A DNA stretch of 64,000 nucleotides, taken from positions 1 through 64,000 of IMG/VR virus record IMGVR_UViG_3300011113_000649; one strand, given 5' to 3'. Shown here one piece after another: positions 9,646-21,079 of the stretch. Under the pieces are notes generated by a model. It was not told where the DNA came from. It searched no databases and saw only the letters and a program-made list of their open reading frames with translations. The stretch comes from a virus. A program made the translations under genes and the position numbers. Position 1 is the first letter of the stretch; each line of letters begins with the position of its first letter.

Positions 9646-12600
9646 ATGGCTAATAAATTTAATCTAACAGCAGAACTAAATCTTCGTGGCCCAGCAAATA
9701 TCAAAACTGTTGTTGCTGGAATCAGAAGAGAATTAGGCACGGTCACAGCTGATGTAAAGCTTAAAATAGACCCTGCTGCTAGTCGTAATATTAGTACTAT
9801 TACTAGCAAATTAACAGCAATGAATAATGTCTTAGCTTCCGCTAAGAATAATACAGATAGTCTAAACATTGCTCTTAAAAATCTTAGTAGTTCTATTCAG
9901 TCTGTTAATGCCGTTAATACTAAAACGATATCCAGCACCTCCAAAGTATCTTCAACTATACAAGCAACAGCTCAAGCAGCCCAAATTGCTTCCTCTAAAT
10001 TTGAGGAATTTGGGAAACAATCCGCACTAGCGATTAAGAGATTTGCTGCATTTAGTGTTGTTACCACAGGTGTTTACGCATTAATTGGCGCGATTAATGA
10101 TGGCTTAAAATCTTTTATACTATTTGATAAACAATTAGTTAGACTACAACAAATCACCGGTCAAACAAAAACACAACTAGGATCTCTGGAACAAACAATT
10201 ACTCAATTAGCTACTAATTTTGGTGTTAGTAGTGAAAGTTTAATTGGCATAGCAGATACTTTAGCTCAGGCCGGTTTAAGTGCTGAAGAAACTAGAGTAG
10301 CACTAAAAGCACTAGCTATGACGGAGCTTGCGCCATCTTTCGATGATATTACTAGAACCACAGAAGGTGCAATTGCAGCTATGAGACAGTTTGGATTAGC
10401 TGCCACGGACCTTGAAGATGTATTAGGTTCTATCAATGCTGTAGCAGCTAGATTTGCAGTAGAATCTGGAGATATTATCGCCGCCATACAAAGAACCGGT
10501 GGTGTGTTTGCTAGTGCCAGTAAAGGCGTTTCCCAAGGTAAAGATGCCTTAAATGAATTTATTGCTGTATTTACTAGTGTTCGCGCAACTACTCGAGAAA
10601 GTGCTGAAACTATTGCTACTGGCTTGAGAACTATTTTTACTCGTATTCAAAGAGCAGGTACAATTAAACAATTGAGGGAATTTGGAGTAGAATTACAAGA
10701 TCTAGAAAATAAATTTGTTGGCCCCTTTGAAGCAGTGCGTAGACTTAGCGAAGCGCTCAATCAGTTGGACCCAAGAGATGTTAGATTTTCTACAATTATA
10801 GAAGAACTTGGTGGATTTAGACAGGTAGGCAAGGTTATTCCGTTAATCCAACAGTTCGCTACTGCACAAGAAGCCCTTAAAGTTGCACAAACTGGCCAGT
10901 CGAGTTTGTCAGGTGCTCAGGTCAAGTCTCAACAAGCTTTGGGTGTACAAATAGCAAAAGTAAGAGAAGAATTTTTAGCTCTAGTTAGAGATATCGGTAA
11001 AAGCTCTAGCTTTCAAGCTTTGGCCCAAATAATTCTTGGATTAGCCAGTACATTTATTAAATTAGTTGGTGCCTTCAAACCTATATTACCAATTTTAGCG
11101 GTTATTGGGGCTATTAAAGGCGCTGGTGCTATAACAAAATTCGCTGGTGGATTTCTTGGCGCATTTGGCCAAGGTGGTGGAGCAAAATCTGTCGGCTCTA
11201 ATGTTGGAGAAAAACTTACTGGAGCAGCAGAAAAAGAAAAAGCTCAAGTTACCGCTAGAGCCGCAGATGCAACCAGATCCAATACAGATGCTTTACATGG
11301 TCTTACATCAGCAATTAAGAGTTTAGAATCTGCCGTACGCAGTAAATCAACGACAGGACTCAGATCTGGTGGCAAGGTATTGGGATTTAATAAAGGAGGC
11401 ATTGTTCCTGGAAATGGTGGCGGAGACAAGGTGCCCGCATTTTTAGAGGGTGGAGAAGTAGTTATCAATAGAAAAGCCGCACAAAGATATGGAGCAGACA
11501 GATTATTAAAGCTAAATAATTATAAGGGTGGTTCATCCAGAGGTGTCAAAAACAAAACTGGAAGACGTAGTAGATTTAAACCTTTATCGGAGAAAGAAAT
11601 ATCTCGGCTCTCAACAAGAGAACTAATGGATTATGTTAATAGTAGAGAGCTAGAAGACTATATCTACAGTAGTGGCGCAGGAATGTCTATAGGCATGGAA
11701 TTTGTGACAGTTCCTAAAGATAAAATAATACCAGAAATTGAAAAAGATTTAGTGGTTGGGCCGAATGGAGATAAAGGTTTTTGGAGAGAAAAAATAGCTA
11801 CCTTCGGTAGGGAAACACAGGCATCTACAAAAAAAACAGAATCACAAAAACGACGAGAAGCTTTTTTTGATAAGTCTAGAGAATTGCTTATGGCAACTTC
11901 TCAGGGACTTTTAGATCCTCGTAGTGCATTATCTAAAGAAAGAAAAGAAGCATTTAAATCAATTGGCCCAAGCGTTGTGGGAGATTACGAAAAATCTCTA
12001 TTTGCTACGCCAAGAATTAAATCCGAAAATTTTTCATCAGCAGATGCTAGTAGTGTTAAGTCTAAATTCATAGCTTGGGGAAAAAATCCAGCTTCTGGAA
12101 TTTTTTCTAGTGTGATTGCCGGTTTTGAAGAACAAATTCGAAATCAACTTGATGAGCCAAACAAGAGTCGTTTCGATACTTTAATATCTTCTGGATCTCT
12201 GGATGCATACAAAGCTGCTGGTGGTAAAGATGGTCATATTCCACCACTTAAAAAAGCTATTTATGGAATAGTAGGACTTACCGAAAAAAAAATAGGCGGT
12301 TTGATTAGACAATACGGAAATGGGTCAGAGGGTGGTGTTGAAGCAATGGCCACTCAAAAAATATTAGATAAATTATTTTCTGGTTTTGTAGTATCTGGCG
12401 GCAGAGGTATAAGATCAATAACAACCACGTCAACTGAGAGTGGACCTAAACATAGTGAAATTAGCGTTAGACAGTTACTTAGTAAAAAAACTAATTTAGC
12501 TAAATTAGCAACAAGTTCTGGACATTCTCTAAAAAGTTTAGAAGACGCTAGACAAGAACTGACAAAACAAAAAACGTCAGAATCTGAACAAGCTCAATTA

Positions 12601-15600
12601 TCTAAACTTGAATCAGACGCTGAAAAGGAAACAGCTTTGAAAGCTGGAAAGGTTCTCAAATTTGGATTAGCTGGTTTGCGTTTCGGCACAACTGCTGGAA
12701 TAGGTAGCGATCCAATAGCTTTATCTGAAACTGTTATGCAGAAGGGCGCGGAGGTAAAAAGAAAATTTTCTGGAGATATGCCTGGTTCTTTTACTGGATA
12801 CGAAGCTATAAGACCAATTAAACAGGGTCCTCTAGTACAAATAATACCTGGGGCATTAAGTAAACAATTTAATAAAATTTGGGCTAAAAAAATAGAGGAC
12901 ACTTTATATTCTGATTTTAGTAAATCTGTTGTAAAAACAGCTCAAGAATTCGGTAATCAAATTGATGCGACAATAACCAATGATCAATCTGAAATTAGAC
13001 AAAGAATAGATAATGCCGGATTTTCTAATGTAATAGGTGCCGCTCTTGAAAGTTCTATAGGACTCCTTGGAGCCCCTTATATACAGAAAGAGGAAAAAAC
13101 CAAATCTATTGACTTCCCAACAGGCTTAGGTTCGTCTGCTAAATTATTTGGTATACCATCTAATATACCAACAGATATTACTAGAACTATTGGCGACCCT
13201 GGAAAAAGCGTGCCAGACTATATTGATCAAATACAGAGATTTTTAGAAAAAACTCCAAATGGACAAAAATATCTTAGCGAATTCTTACAAAGAAAAGCAA
13301 AAGGTGGTAGTGTCGCGATTAAAAAATTTGCTTTTGGAGGTCGTTCAGATGGTCCAGATTTTGACGAGATACGTCAACAAATAATAGATAAGTATCCAGA
13401 TATACAATTTAGAATCAGCAAACGAAAGAGTGGATTTGGATATAATTTAATGGGTGCCCTTAAATCAAAGGGAGGTTTATTTGGCAATAGTGAGTTAAGT
13501 TTTCAACAGCCCGGAAATCTCAAACAATTACAAGAGTATTCAGATAAATTAGCTGCTAAATTAATATCTTCGGAACAATTGGCGGCTGGTGGATTTGCTT
13601 CTGGCGGAAGTGTTCCCGCTATGGTTAGTAACGGAGAAGCTTTTGTTCCTCCAAAATTAGCTAAAAAAATTGGATATGCAAAATTAGATAAGATGAATCA
13701 GGCTGATCGTAATGGAATGAAAGGTTTTGCTGGTGGTGGGGTTAGCGTATTTAATGGGCCGGGTAGTGGAACTAGTGATAGTATTGGTCCGATTGGATTA
13801 CCACAAGGTAGTTATGTTATACGAGAAAAAGCCACCAAGGCTTTGGGACTAAACAAGGGTGGTAGTGTTGGTGTACAGCGTTTTGAAAACGGTGGTAGAT
13901 TAAACAAAGCAGAACGCAAAAGAATTAAAGAACAATATTTAGCAGAGCAACGAGGCGGCATAACTAGAGAAGAAGCACGAACAGTTGGTATGCCACGCCC
14001 AGATTATGGGGCTGGTGCTAGTCGTAGAAAGGACGTTACTGCTACTCCTCAGGGATTACAAAATATTAAAAATATTGAAGGTGAAGTTTTAAATAATTAT
14101 GGTAAATTATATGCCGAAGAGAAAAAAAGGATAGATCAATTATATGATAATTTAGAAAACAAAGCACGAGAGGAATTTTTTGAAGGTACCATAGACGCAG
14201 ACGAGCTGACAGACAGGATGATGACTTTATATGAAGCTAAAATATTATCCAAAAGCCAGACTAAGGCTAAATTAACAGCACAAGTTAAACCAGCACAATT
14301 AAAAGCTGTAGAAGATTATACCGCTGGCAAACAAACGAAACAAATAACTACTAGAAAAACGCAAGATAATAAAATATTCGAGCAGGGAATTGAGTCTAAA
14401 ATGGCCTCCGTGGCCGAAGAGGTAAAATCTAAATATCAAGACTTACTAAATCAAGAAGTTCAATCATTAAAAGCTTTCTATAAAGAGAGGGCTGCGAAAG
14501 TAAAAGCAGAGGGTGGTGATGTTGCTGCTGTAGTAGCAGAATATAAATCAGCCTTAAACGACGCTAAACAGTCTATGGAAAGTGGGATGAGAGCTGAGAC
14601 AAAGCAACAACAAGCAGCCGTTCCAGATAAAATTGTTGAATCTAAAAAACAAGAAGTACAAGCTTTACGAAGTGCGGCCGATCCGTTTTATGAAGCTAAA
14701 AAAGCTGCTGATGAATATGCGGTTACGGTAGGCGATGCCGCAGAAACCTCTAAACAAATGGCAGAAGAACAAAAAGCCTATATAGAATTTTTAGCTAGAC
14801 AAAAGGGTCTTAGTTCTAAAGGTTTAAAACTACAACTCGCTAAAGATTTAGGTAAAGAATCTTATGAAATTAAACAAAAATCAAGATTTGGACAAGAAGA
14901 AATTAAAGCGATGGCTGCTGGGAGTTCTAGAACCTTACAAGGAAAAGACGTTAAAGCACTATTAGAGCCTGGTGTAGACACTCAAGAATCTCGTCAAGTT
15001 CAAGATATAGTCAATAGTTTTGAAGCTAAAATTAAAGAGATCAATCCTACAATAGGAGGAGACAAAGCTAGAGACGCTGCTATTGCATTGGCCACAGGGT
15101 TAGCGGCTGGCGATCAGTCAGTTAAACAAATTATTCAATCACACGAAGGACTTCACAAAGCAATTGGCACCCAAATAAGCGATACCGATGCGGCTAACGA
15201 AGCTCTACGTAGAACTGCTGCTGCTGCCGGTATGAGTGAAGAAGCCTTGAGATCACTGGTTTCTAAAACTGATATTGATCGTCAAGAATTTGCACAATCT
15301 CCAGAAGGTAAGAGATATGGAGTTATTGCAGAAATGATGCCCGATTTTACTAAACAATTCTCTGAGAGCGGTTTGGGTAAAGGTCTTGGTAAAGTAGATG
15401 ATTTTTTTAGTGGTAAGGGAGGCAGATTAAGTAAACTTGCTGGTAAAGCTGGTGGTTTTACCGGATTGGCCACAGCAGCCACAGCAGCTATTCCATTTGC
15501 AGCAGAAAGCTTACTAACAAAAGAACAAAAGAAAGACCCAAATATAGCAGGAGGTATTTCTGCGGCAACTGGAGCCCTTTCTATGGGTGCGGCTGCATAT

Positions 15601-18600
15601 GAAATGACCGGGGGTGGAGTTACCGGCTTAATAGCTGCGGCTGGAGCAGCTTTGCTCGGAGGCATTAAGGGTTGGTTTGAGGGCAAAAATCAAGCAGTAT
15701 TTCAAAATGCTATAGATAGTTTAGCAAAAACAACAAATGGCTTAGAGCATGCCTTCCAAGAATTAGAAAAAGAAGCTACTCCTAAAAATATTAAACAATT
15801 TAATAAAGCTGCTGGCGACGCCTTTATGGCTCAGCAAGAAATAGGAAACATAGCTTTTTCTGAACAGAGAAATATGGTTGGTTCGGCTACTAGCGGAGAA
15901 TCATTAGGAGGAGCTGCCATAGGCGCGGCAATTGGCACAGCAATAGCACCAGGAATTGGAACGGCCATAGGAGCTGGTTTGGGTTATCTAGCTGGCGCTT
16001 TTAAAGACTATTATAGTAAATTTGATCCCACACAAATTGCAGAAGCAGGAGCAGCATATACTAATGCAAATGTTTCTTTTTATGAGGCGCAAGGACGTGC
16101 TGCTGAGATTAAAACAGAAAAACTTCCGATAGAACAAGTTGATTCTATGATGGAAGCACTCAATAACGGAGTTAGAACAGCTAATCCAATAATACAATCT
16201 TATGCTGCTAGTTTAAGAAGCACAGGGGAATTTACCGAAGATCAGATAGCTACAATGTCTGATGAACAGTCTGCAATTGCAGCTTTCTTACAACTTAAAA
16301 AGGCGCAGCTTGGTAGTGAAGAAGCAGCTGTTGAAGAATTAAAGAAAAATAAAAATAAAGCAATTGAAGTTGGTAGAGAATTGGTAGACGCACAAGGAAA
16401 AAGAATAGTTAAGGAAGATCAATTAAAAAACGCTATAAAAGAGGTGACAGTAGCCACAGCAAGTACGCTAGATATCTATCGTAGACTTGGAGCAAATATT
16501 CGTAGATACGAAGCTGAAATGGGAGATATAACGAATAACATTAAAGGATATATTGGTGATCTTACCGGCAGTAGTAGCGCTGTACAAGATGTAGATAGGG
16601 GTGATACAGAAAGGGTACTCGGGAATATCTCAGCATATAGTGCAGAACAGGTTAAGGCGGCCGCTGCTGGCGTATCTGGTATGTTGGGAAATACTCCAGA
16701 ATCCAAAGAATTAGCCGACACGGCATCAGCCTCTAAAATACTTCAAGATCAATTACCTGCGCTTCTTAGGTCCAACGAAGGAAACAGAGGTGCTGCTGTT
16801 GATCAACTAGAAAATCTATTAAAAGCTCAAGGTCTAGACAGTGGCGCAATTGATGCCGTGCTTAATGATATAAGAAAAACGGTTGCAGAAGGTGAAGAAA
16901 AAGGTACAGGAACTTTAATAGACGAAATAGATAGCGGTATTCTGTCCAAATTTTCTCAGACTGCCGAAGAAGGATCCAAAAAACTTCAAGAATTAACAGC
17001 TACCTATAATAATACTATTCAGGAATTTATTAATTTACAAAATCAACAAAGTCAAGCTATTTCAAAAGCTAACGAGTATTATAGACAAGCGGCTCAAATA
17101 AGACTAAACGCAGAGCTAGATCTTGCAAAAGCTCTTGGTAGAAATCTAAGTCTTGACGAACTCAACAAGCCCTTTGAAACTGAAATTAGTAGTTTAACAC
17201 AAGGTCTTTCAAATATAGGCGTTCTTGATGCTGGTCAAGCTATGGATCCAGCCGCCATTGCTGCTGGAATACAAGCTGCTGGTGCTAGAAATGTAGAGCT
17301 AGAGGCATCTAATAAACAACTTAAAGGAGAGTTTGGAGCAGCTACTGATGATAGTCAAAGACAAGCTTTAAATAATGCTCAACTAGATAATATAGAAGCA
17401 TTAGGACAAAATAAAAGAGCTATTGAGGAAGGTCAGGCAGCATTGCAGAAGTTAGCTACTGATGGGTCTCGTGCCGCTAATGCTTTGGCTAAAATACAAG
17501 AGGAACAAAAACGACTAGAAGCCTTTGGATCTTCTTTAGATAATGCATTAACAGCTAGTCCAGGAGAACTAGCAAAAATGAATTATAATACCGATGCTAT
17601 GAATCGCGTATTAGCTGGAGATACTAAAGGTCTTAAAACTAGTCAAGGTCGCAAAGCAGCTTTTGCCGGTTTACAACAAGACAAAGAACTTATAGGAGAA
17701 GCAGAATATAATAAACGACTAGCCGTTTTACGTAGGCAATCATTAATGGAAACACAAGGACAAGTAACACCAGAACAAGAAAAGATGATTCAAAGACTTG
17801 AAAAAGGTTTACCAGACGAGGAAGATCCTAATGTTAAAGCATACAGAGAAGCATCAGCAGCACATCAAGAGGCTAATATTAAGCTGGGTGATATGCAGAT
17901 GGCTGCTGCTGATAAGATTGGTGAGAAAATGGATGAATTGAGAACGTTTTTAGCTGATAAATTTCCCGGCTTGCTTACTCAGGCTGTGTTGGATGCTAAA
18001 ACGGCTTCAGCTACTGCTGGTGCTGCTGGTCAGACCACCCAGACAGCGCCAGACGTTAAAGCAGAACAAACAAGGCGTGAGGAGGCAGATAAAGAGGCCG
18101 CGGCCAGAAAAGATGAAATTCAACGAGCCGAACAAGCAGCTCAGACTAAGTCTGATAAAGCTGCCAGACTCGATAAAGAAATGACAGAAGAAGAAAAGTG
18201 GAGATCTAATCCTATAGGACGTGGTATAGCCAATAGAGCCGCAGAAGAAGCTGATGCAGCGAAAGCTAAAGTCGAAAGATTGAAAGCCGCAGATGTAGCG
18301 GCACAACAATCTGAAGATCAAAAACGCGAATCTTTTGATACTACTAGAAAACAACAGGAACAACAAGCCAAAGACGCCGCGGCTGCAGCAGATGCTAAAA
18401 AAGCAGCTGAAGATAGGGCCAGAACTCAACAAACAATTGATCAATCCAGAGGGGGGCCCAAACAGCCGGTGCTGTCAAACTGGCAGCGTGCCTGGCCGGC
18501 CAACCTGGCCTTGCCCATCCCTGCTCCACCAGCTCCTGGTACAACACAAGCATCATATTCTGGAACTAGAGCGGTTACAGCTCTAGCCCCATTAGGCCAA

Positions 18601-19380
18601 GCTAAAGCTAGTCAACAAGAAATAGCCTCACGACAACAAAGCCTAGATCGTTTATCTGGATCAAAAACTGCCAAAGAAGAGGAAATCGCGAAAAAAGAAA
18701 AGGCTCTTAAAGGAGCTCGAATAGCTGCTATTGGAGCCGGAACTTTAGAGACTAGTCCACACGTAGCTAAGGCACAAGAAGCTGTAGATATGGCTAAACA
18801 AGACTTAATCAGCATTAATGAGCAAATAGCAGCTGAGAAAAAAAGACTCGCAGCACTAGCAGCACTAGCTCAAATAGAAGCACAAAACCAACCAGGAGCA
18901 ACGCCAACACCCGCGCAGGCTCCATATACTGCAACAGCAAGGCCACAGTCTGGTGTGGTTAGCACCCCACTACCAACCCCTGTTCCAGTCTCTCAACAAT
19001 CTGCCACAGCCGTTAACACAAACGACGCAAGACAACGAACAGATAGACCACAAACCGGTGGTCCGTCTGGTGGTGTTGGCTATTCTTTAACGGTTGATGA
19101 TAAATCAATGGAATTTTTATCTAATTTAACAAAAGTATTTAATACTTTTGGTACATATGTTGATAAATTGGCTGGATTAGACCTTAAACTCGAGTTAACC
19201 GGAAATTATACAATAGATGTCAATATCACCGGTGCTGCTGGATTAGCTGCGATAGATAAAAGCATGAGAGAATTAGCTACAGGATTGGTAGAAGCAAAAA
19301 TTAGCGAACTTAGAGATGAGATTTCTACTGTTACAAGAGGTGCTGTAAAACCCAGCGCCTCTAAAGGAACTACAAAATGA
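9646..19380 (+). CDS. Giant tape measure protein (TP901-like core, GG-linker region, helical C-terminal half)
   Basis: Ala/Gln-rich helices; TP901-type core (LAQAG.., TGLRTIFTRIQ); hydrophobic segments; FxxGG.VPG..D.VPA..GE motifs; synteny. Confidence 0.85.
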   Translation: MANKFNLTAELNLRGPANIKTVVAGIRRELGTVTADVKLKIDPAASRNISTITSKLTAMNNVLASAKNNTDSLNIALKNLSSSIQSVNAVNTKTISSTSKVSSTIQATAQAAQIASSKFEEFGKQSALAIKRFAAFSVVTTGVYALIGAINDGLKSFILFDKQLVRLQQITGQTKTQLGSLEQTITQLATNFGVSSESLIGIADTLAQAGLSAEETRVALKALAMTELAPSFDDITRTTEGAIAAMRQFGLAATDLEDVLGSINAVAARFAVESGDIIAAIQRTGGVFASASKGVSQGKDALNEFIAVFTSVRATTRESAETIATGLRTIFTRIQRAGTIKQLREFGVELQDLENKFVGPFEAVRRLSEALNQLDPRDVRFSTIIEELGGFRQVGKVIPLIQQFATAQEALKVAQTGQSSLSGAQVKSQQALGVQIAKVREEFLALVRDIGKSSSFQALAQIILGLASTFIKLVGAFKPILPILAVIGAIKGAGAITKFAGGFLGAFGQGGGAKSVGSNVGEKLTGAAEKEKAQVTARAADATRSNTDALHGLTSAIKSLESAVRSKSTTGLRSGGKVLGFNKGGIVPGNGGGDKVPAFLEGGEVVINRKAAQRYGADRLLKLNNYKGGSSRGVKNKTGRRSRFKPLSEKEISRLSTRELMDYVNSRELEDYIYSSGAGMSIGMEFVTVPKDKIIPEIEKDLVVGPNGDKGFWREKIATFGRETQASTKKTESQKRREAFFDKSRELLMATSQGLLDPRSALSKERKEAFKSIGPSVVGDYEKSLFATPRIKSENFSSADASSVKSKFIAWGKNPASGIFSSVIAGFEEQIRNQLDEPNKSRFDTLISSGSLDAYKAAGGKDGHIPPLKKAIYGIVGLTEKKIGGLIRQYGNGSEGGVEAMATQKILDKLFSGFVVSGGRGIRSITTTSTESGPKHSEISVRQLLSKKTNLAKLATSSGHSLKSLEDARQELTKQKTSESEQAQLSKLESDAEKETALKAGKVLKFGLAGLRFGTTAGIGSDPIALSETVMQKGAEVKRKFSGDMPGSFTGYEAIRPIKQGPLVQIIPGALSKQFNKIWAKKIEDTLYSDFSKSVVKTAQEFGNQIDATITNDQSEIRQRIDNAGFSNVIGAALESSIGLLGAPYIQKEEKTKSIDFPTGLGSSAKLFGIPSNIPTDITRTIGDPGKSVPDYIDQIQRFLEKTPNGQKYLSEFLQRKAKGGSVAIKKFAFGGRSDGPDFDEIRQQIIDKYPDIQFRISKRKSGFGYNLMGALKSKGGLFGNSELSFQQPGNLKQLQEYSDKLAAKLISSEQLAAGGFASGGSVPAMVSNGEAFVPPKLAKKIGYAKLDKMNQADRNGMKGFAGGGVSVFNGPGSGTSDSIGPIGLPQGSYVIREKATKALGLNKGGSVGVQRFENGGRLNKAERKRIKEQYLAEQRGGITREEARTVGMPRPDYGAGASRRKDVTATPQGLQNIKNIEGEVLNNYGKLYAEEKKRIDQLYDNLENKAREEFFEGTIDADELTDRMMTLYEAKILSKSQTKAKLTAQVKPAQLKAVEDYTAGKQTKQITTRKTQDNKIFEQGIESKMASVAEEVKSKYQDLLNQEVQSLKAFYKERAAKVKAEGGDVAAVVAEYKSALNDAKQSMESGMRAETKQQQAAVPDKIVESKKQEVQALRSAADPFYEAKKAADEYAVTVGDAAETSKQMAEEQKAYIEFLARQKGLSSKGLKLQLAKDLGKESYEIKQKSRFGQEEIKAMAAGSSRTLQGKDVKALLEPGVDTQESRQVQDIVNSFEAKIKEINPTIGGDKARDAAIALATGLAAGDQSVKQIIQSHEGLHKAIGTQISDTDAANEALRRTAAAAGMSEEALRSLVSKTDIDRQEFAQSPEGKRYGVIAEMMPDFTKQFSESGLGKGLGKVDDFFSGKGGRLSKLAGKAGGFTGLATAATAAIPFAAESLLTKEQKKDPNIAGGISAATGALSMGAAAYEMTGGGVTGLIAAAGAALLGGIKGWFEGKNQAVFQNAIDSLAKTTNGLEHAFQELEKEATPKNIKQFNKAAGDAFMAQQEIGNIAFSEQRNMVGSATSGESLGGAAIGAAIGTAIAPGIGTAIGAGLGYLAGAFKDYYSKFDPTQIAEAGAAYTNANVSFYEAQGRAAEIKTEKLPIEQVDSMMEALNNGVRTANPIIQSYAASLRSTGEFTEDQIATMSDEQSAIAAFLQLKKAQLGSEEAAVEELKKNKNKAIEVGRELVDAQGKRIVKEDQLKNAIKEVTVATASTLDIYRRLGANIRRYEAEMGDITNNIKGYIGDLTGSSSAVQDVDRGDTERVLGNISAYSAEQVKAAAAGVSGMLGNTPESKELADTASASKILQDQLPALLRSNEGNRGAAVDQLENLLKAQGLDSGAIDAVLNDIRKTVAEGEEKGTGTLIDEIDSGILSKFSQTAEEGSKKLQELTATYNNTIQEFINLQNQQSQAISKANEYYRQAAQIRLNAELDLAKALGRNLSLDELNKPFETEISSLTQGLSNIGVLDAGQAMDPAAIAAGIQAAGARNVELEASNKQLKGEFGAATDDSQRQALNNAQLDNIEALGQNKRAIEEGQAALQKLATDGSRAANALAKIQEEQKRLEAFGSSLDNALTASPGELAKMNYNTDAMNRVLAGDTKGLKTSQGRKAAFAGLQQDKELIGEAEYNKRLAVLRRQSLMETQGQVTPEQEKMIQRLEKGLPDEEDPNVKAYREASAAHQEANIKLGDMQMAAADKIGEKMDELRTFLADKFPGLLTQAVLDAKTASATAGAAGQTTQTAPDVKAEQTRREEADKEAAARKDEIQRAEQAAQTKSDKAARLDKEMTEEEKWRSNPIGRGIANRAAEEADAAKAKVERLKAADVAAQQSEDQKRESFDTTRKQQEQQAKDAAAAADAKKAAEDRARTQQTIDQSRGGPKQPVLSNWQRAWPANLALPIPAPPAPGTTQASYSGTRAVTALAPLGQAKASQQEIASRQQSLDRLSGSKTAKEEEIAKKEKALKGARIAAIGAGTLETSPHVAKAQEAVDMAKQDLISINEQIAAEKKRLAALAALAQIEAQNQPGATPTPAQAPYTATARPQSGVVSTPLPTPVPVSQQSATAVNTNDARQRTDRPQTGGPSGGVGYSLTVDDKSMEFLSNLTKVFNTFGTYVDKLAGLDLKLELTGNYTIDVNITGAAGLAAIDKSMRELATGLVEAKISELRDEISTVTRGAVKPSASKGTTK

Positions 19381-21071
19381 CATATAATCCATCTACTAAA
19401 ATGTATTACTATCAAGTTGGTACTAGTCCTAGCGAAGCTAATAGGGTTGTTCCAGTTCCTCAAATAAGCATAACTCCAGAATACTATTATGCTAATGATA
19501 TTATTATTGGTTACACATATAATATTCAATTAGCTGGTTATGCTACATCTTTAGATTTAAGAGAAAATCAAGCAGAAGTATTAGGAATAGCAGATACTTT
19601 AGAGTCTATACAAACGCTTAAAAATATTTTTAATCGCAACAACGGTACTTTAGAAGTTACTGATTCAGATGGAACTATATTAAAAGCTTTTGGAGGCACT
19701 ATTCGTGGAATTCAATTTAATGAATCTGCAAATTCATGGATTAATTATTCTGAATATACTATTGATATAGAATTCAACGAAATACAACTTTCAGATTGTT
19801 CTGGATTAAAAGATGTAATAGCTAGTGGAGATATAGCTGCTGGTATTACAGATTCACCATTATTAATAGATATGAAACAATATAAGGTAAAATCTTTTAG
19901 TGATGGTTGGTCTTTTAGTATAGACGATAATGCTTATAATACTTACAGTCCTTTTTTAAATGAATATATTAATATTGGATATAATATTACTGCAAACGGT
20001 AGACATTATTTTGTTAATGACAAACTTATGCCAGCTTGGGAACAGGCTAAAAACTTTTGTCAATACCGACTTAAGGAACAAGTTGATAGATTAATAGATA
20101 ATGCTCTCCAGAGGACTGGATCAGATGACGGGTGTGAAACACTCGGTAATTTAGCATCAATATTTGGCAACGGACCCCCGGGTTTAATAGATGGATTATC
20201 TGACGCTAATTATGGTATATATAATGAAAAAATTACCTGCAATACTTCAGAGGCGGAAGGTTCTTTTGAAGCAAATTATTCTGCTATCTTAAAAAGAACT
20301 GAGTCAAGTCAATATTCTCATCCTCATAGCATACATACTTTTAGTGTAACCACGAACATTTCTGATGATGGTAAACAGAAAAATACTGAGGTATCTATTC
20401 AGGGCAATATACAAGGCTTAGTCCCAGGAGGATTAATTAAATCAGCTAATGTTATTTCGTTTCCCTCTAATGGATCAATCTTCGTTTCTGATACACCCAC
20501 TTCTAATAAATATGATAACGCATTAACTGCTTATAATATTATTGGTAATAATCAAAAACTCAATAATAATTTTTTAACATTAGTTGGAGTTACTAATAGT
20601 GCCGTTGGCGTTAGTGGCGAATGTGTTGATGAAAGCGGCGTTCCCCCAACTAATACTCTTAATATTGTGCATAATTATATTGAAGGTACTATTAATTATT
20701 CATCTAGTTTTGATACAGCAAATGCTTGTAAGGAGTCTGGTTCTAGCTATCAAAGCATCAGTGTTGACGTAGAAGAATCTACACCGGTAATTGCAGAATT
20801 TGTTGTGCCGGGACGTTCCGGCGGACCTATTATTCAAAGATTAAACGTAGACAAACCAAAAAGAATAACTATTAATATACAAGGATCCAAACCGCCAGAT
20901 GAGTGTTGTGCCACAACTGAAGAATTAGTAGATATTAATTGTACGATACCTGCTACTTTTAGTGGTGTTCCAGTTATTAATATCCCCAATTCTATTTTAA
21001 CACAAAGTCAATATACCAAAAGTACAGATGGGTCTTTTAGTATTATCAAATCGTATGTTTATTGCAACTAG
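19377..21071 (+). CDS. Distal tail/hub-like protein, paralog 1
   Basis: Directly after tape measure (ATGA overlap); collinear similarity to the next gene. Confidence 0.55.
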   Translation: MTYNPSTKMYYYQVGTSPSEANRVVPVPQISITPEYYYANDIIIGYTYNIQLAGYATSLDLRENQAEVLGIADTLESIQTLKNIFNRNNGTLEVTDSDGTILKAFGGTIRGIQFNESANSWINYSEYTIDIEFNEIQLSDCSGLKDVIASGDIAAGITDSPLLIDMKQYKVKSFSDGWSFSIDDNAYNTYSPFLNEYINIGYNITANGRHYFVNDKLMPAWEQAKNFCQYRLKEQVDRLIDNALQRTGSDDGCETLGNLASIFGNGPPGLIDGLSDANYGIYNEKITCNTSEAEGSFEANYSAILKRTESSQYSHPHSIHTFSVTTNISDDGKQKNTEVSIQGNIQGLVPGGLIKSANVISFPSNGSIFVSDTPTSNKYDNALTAYNIIGNNQKLNNNFLTLVGVTNSAVGVSGECVDESGVPPTNTLNIVHNYIEGTINYSSSFDTANACKESGSSYQSISVDVEESTPVIAEFVVPGRSGGPIIQRLNVDKPKRITINIQGSKPPDECCATTEELVDINCTIPATFSGVPVINIPNSILTQSQYTKSTDGSFSIIKSYVYCN

Positions 21072-21079
21072 GATTTAAA

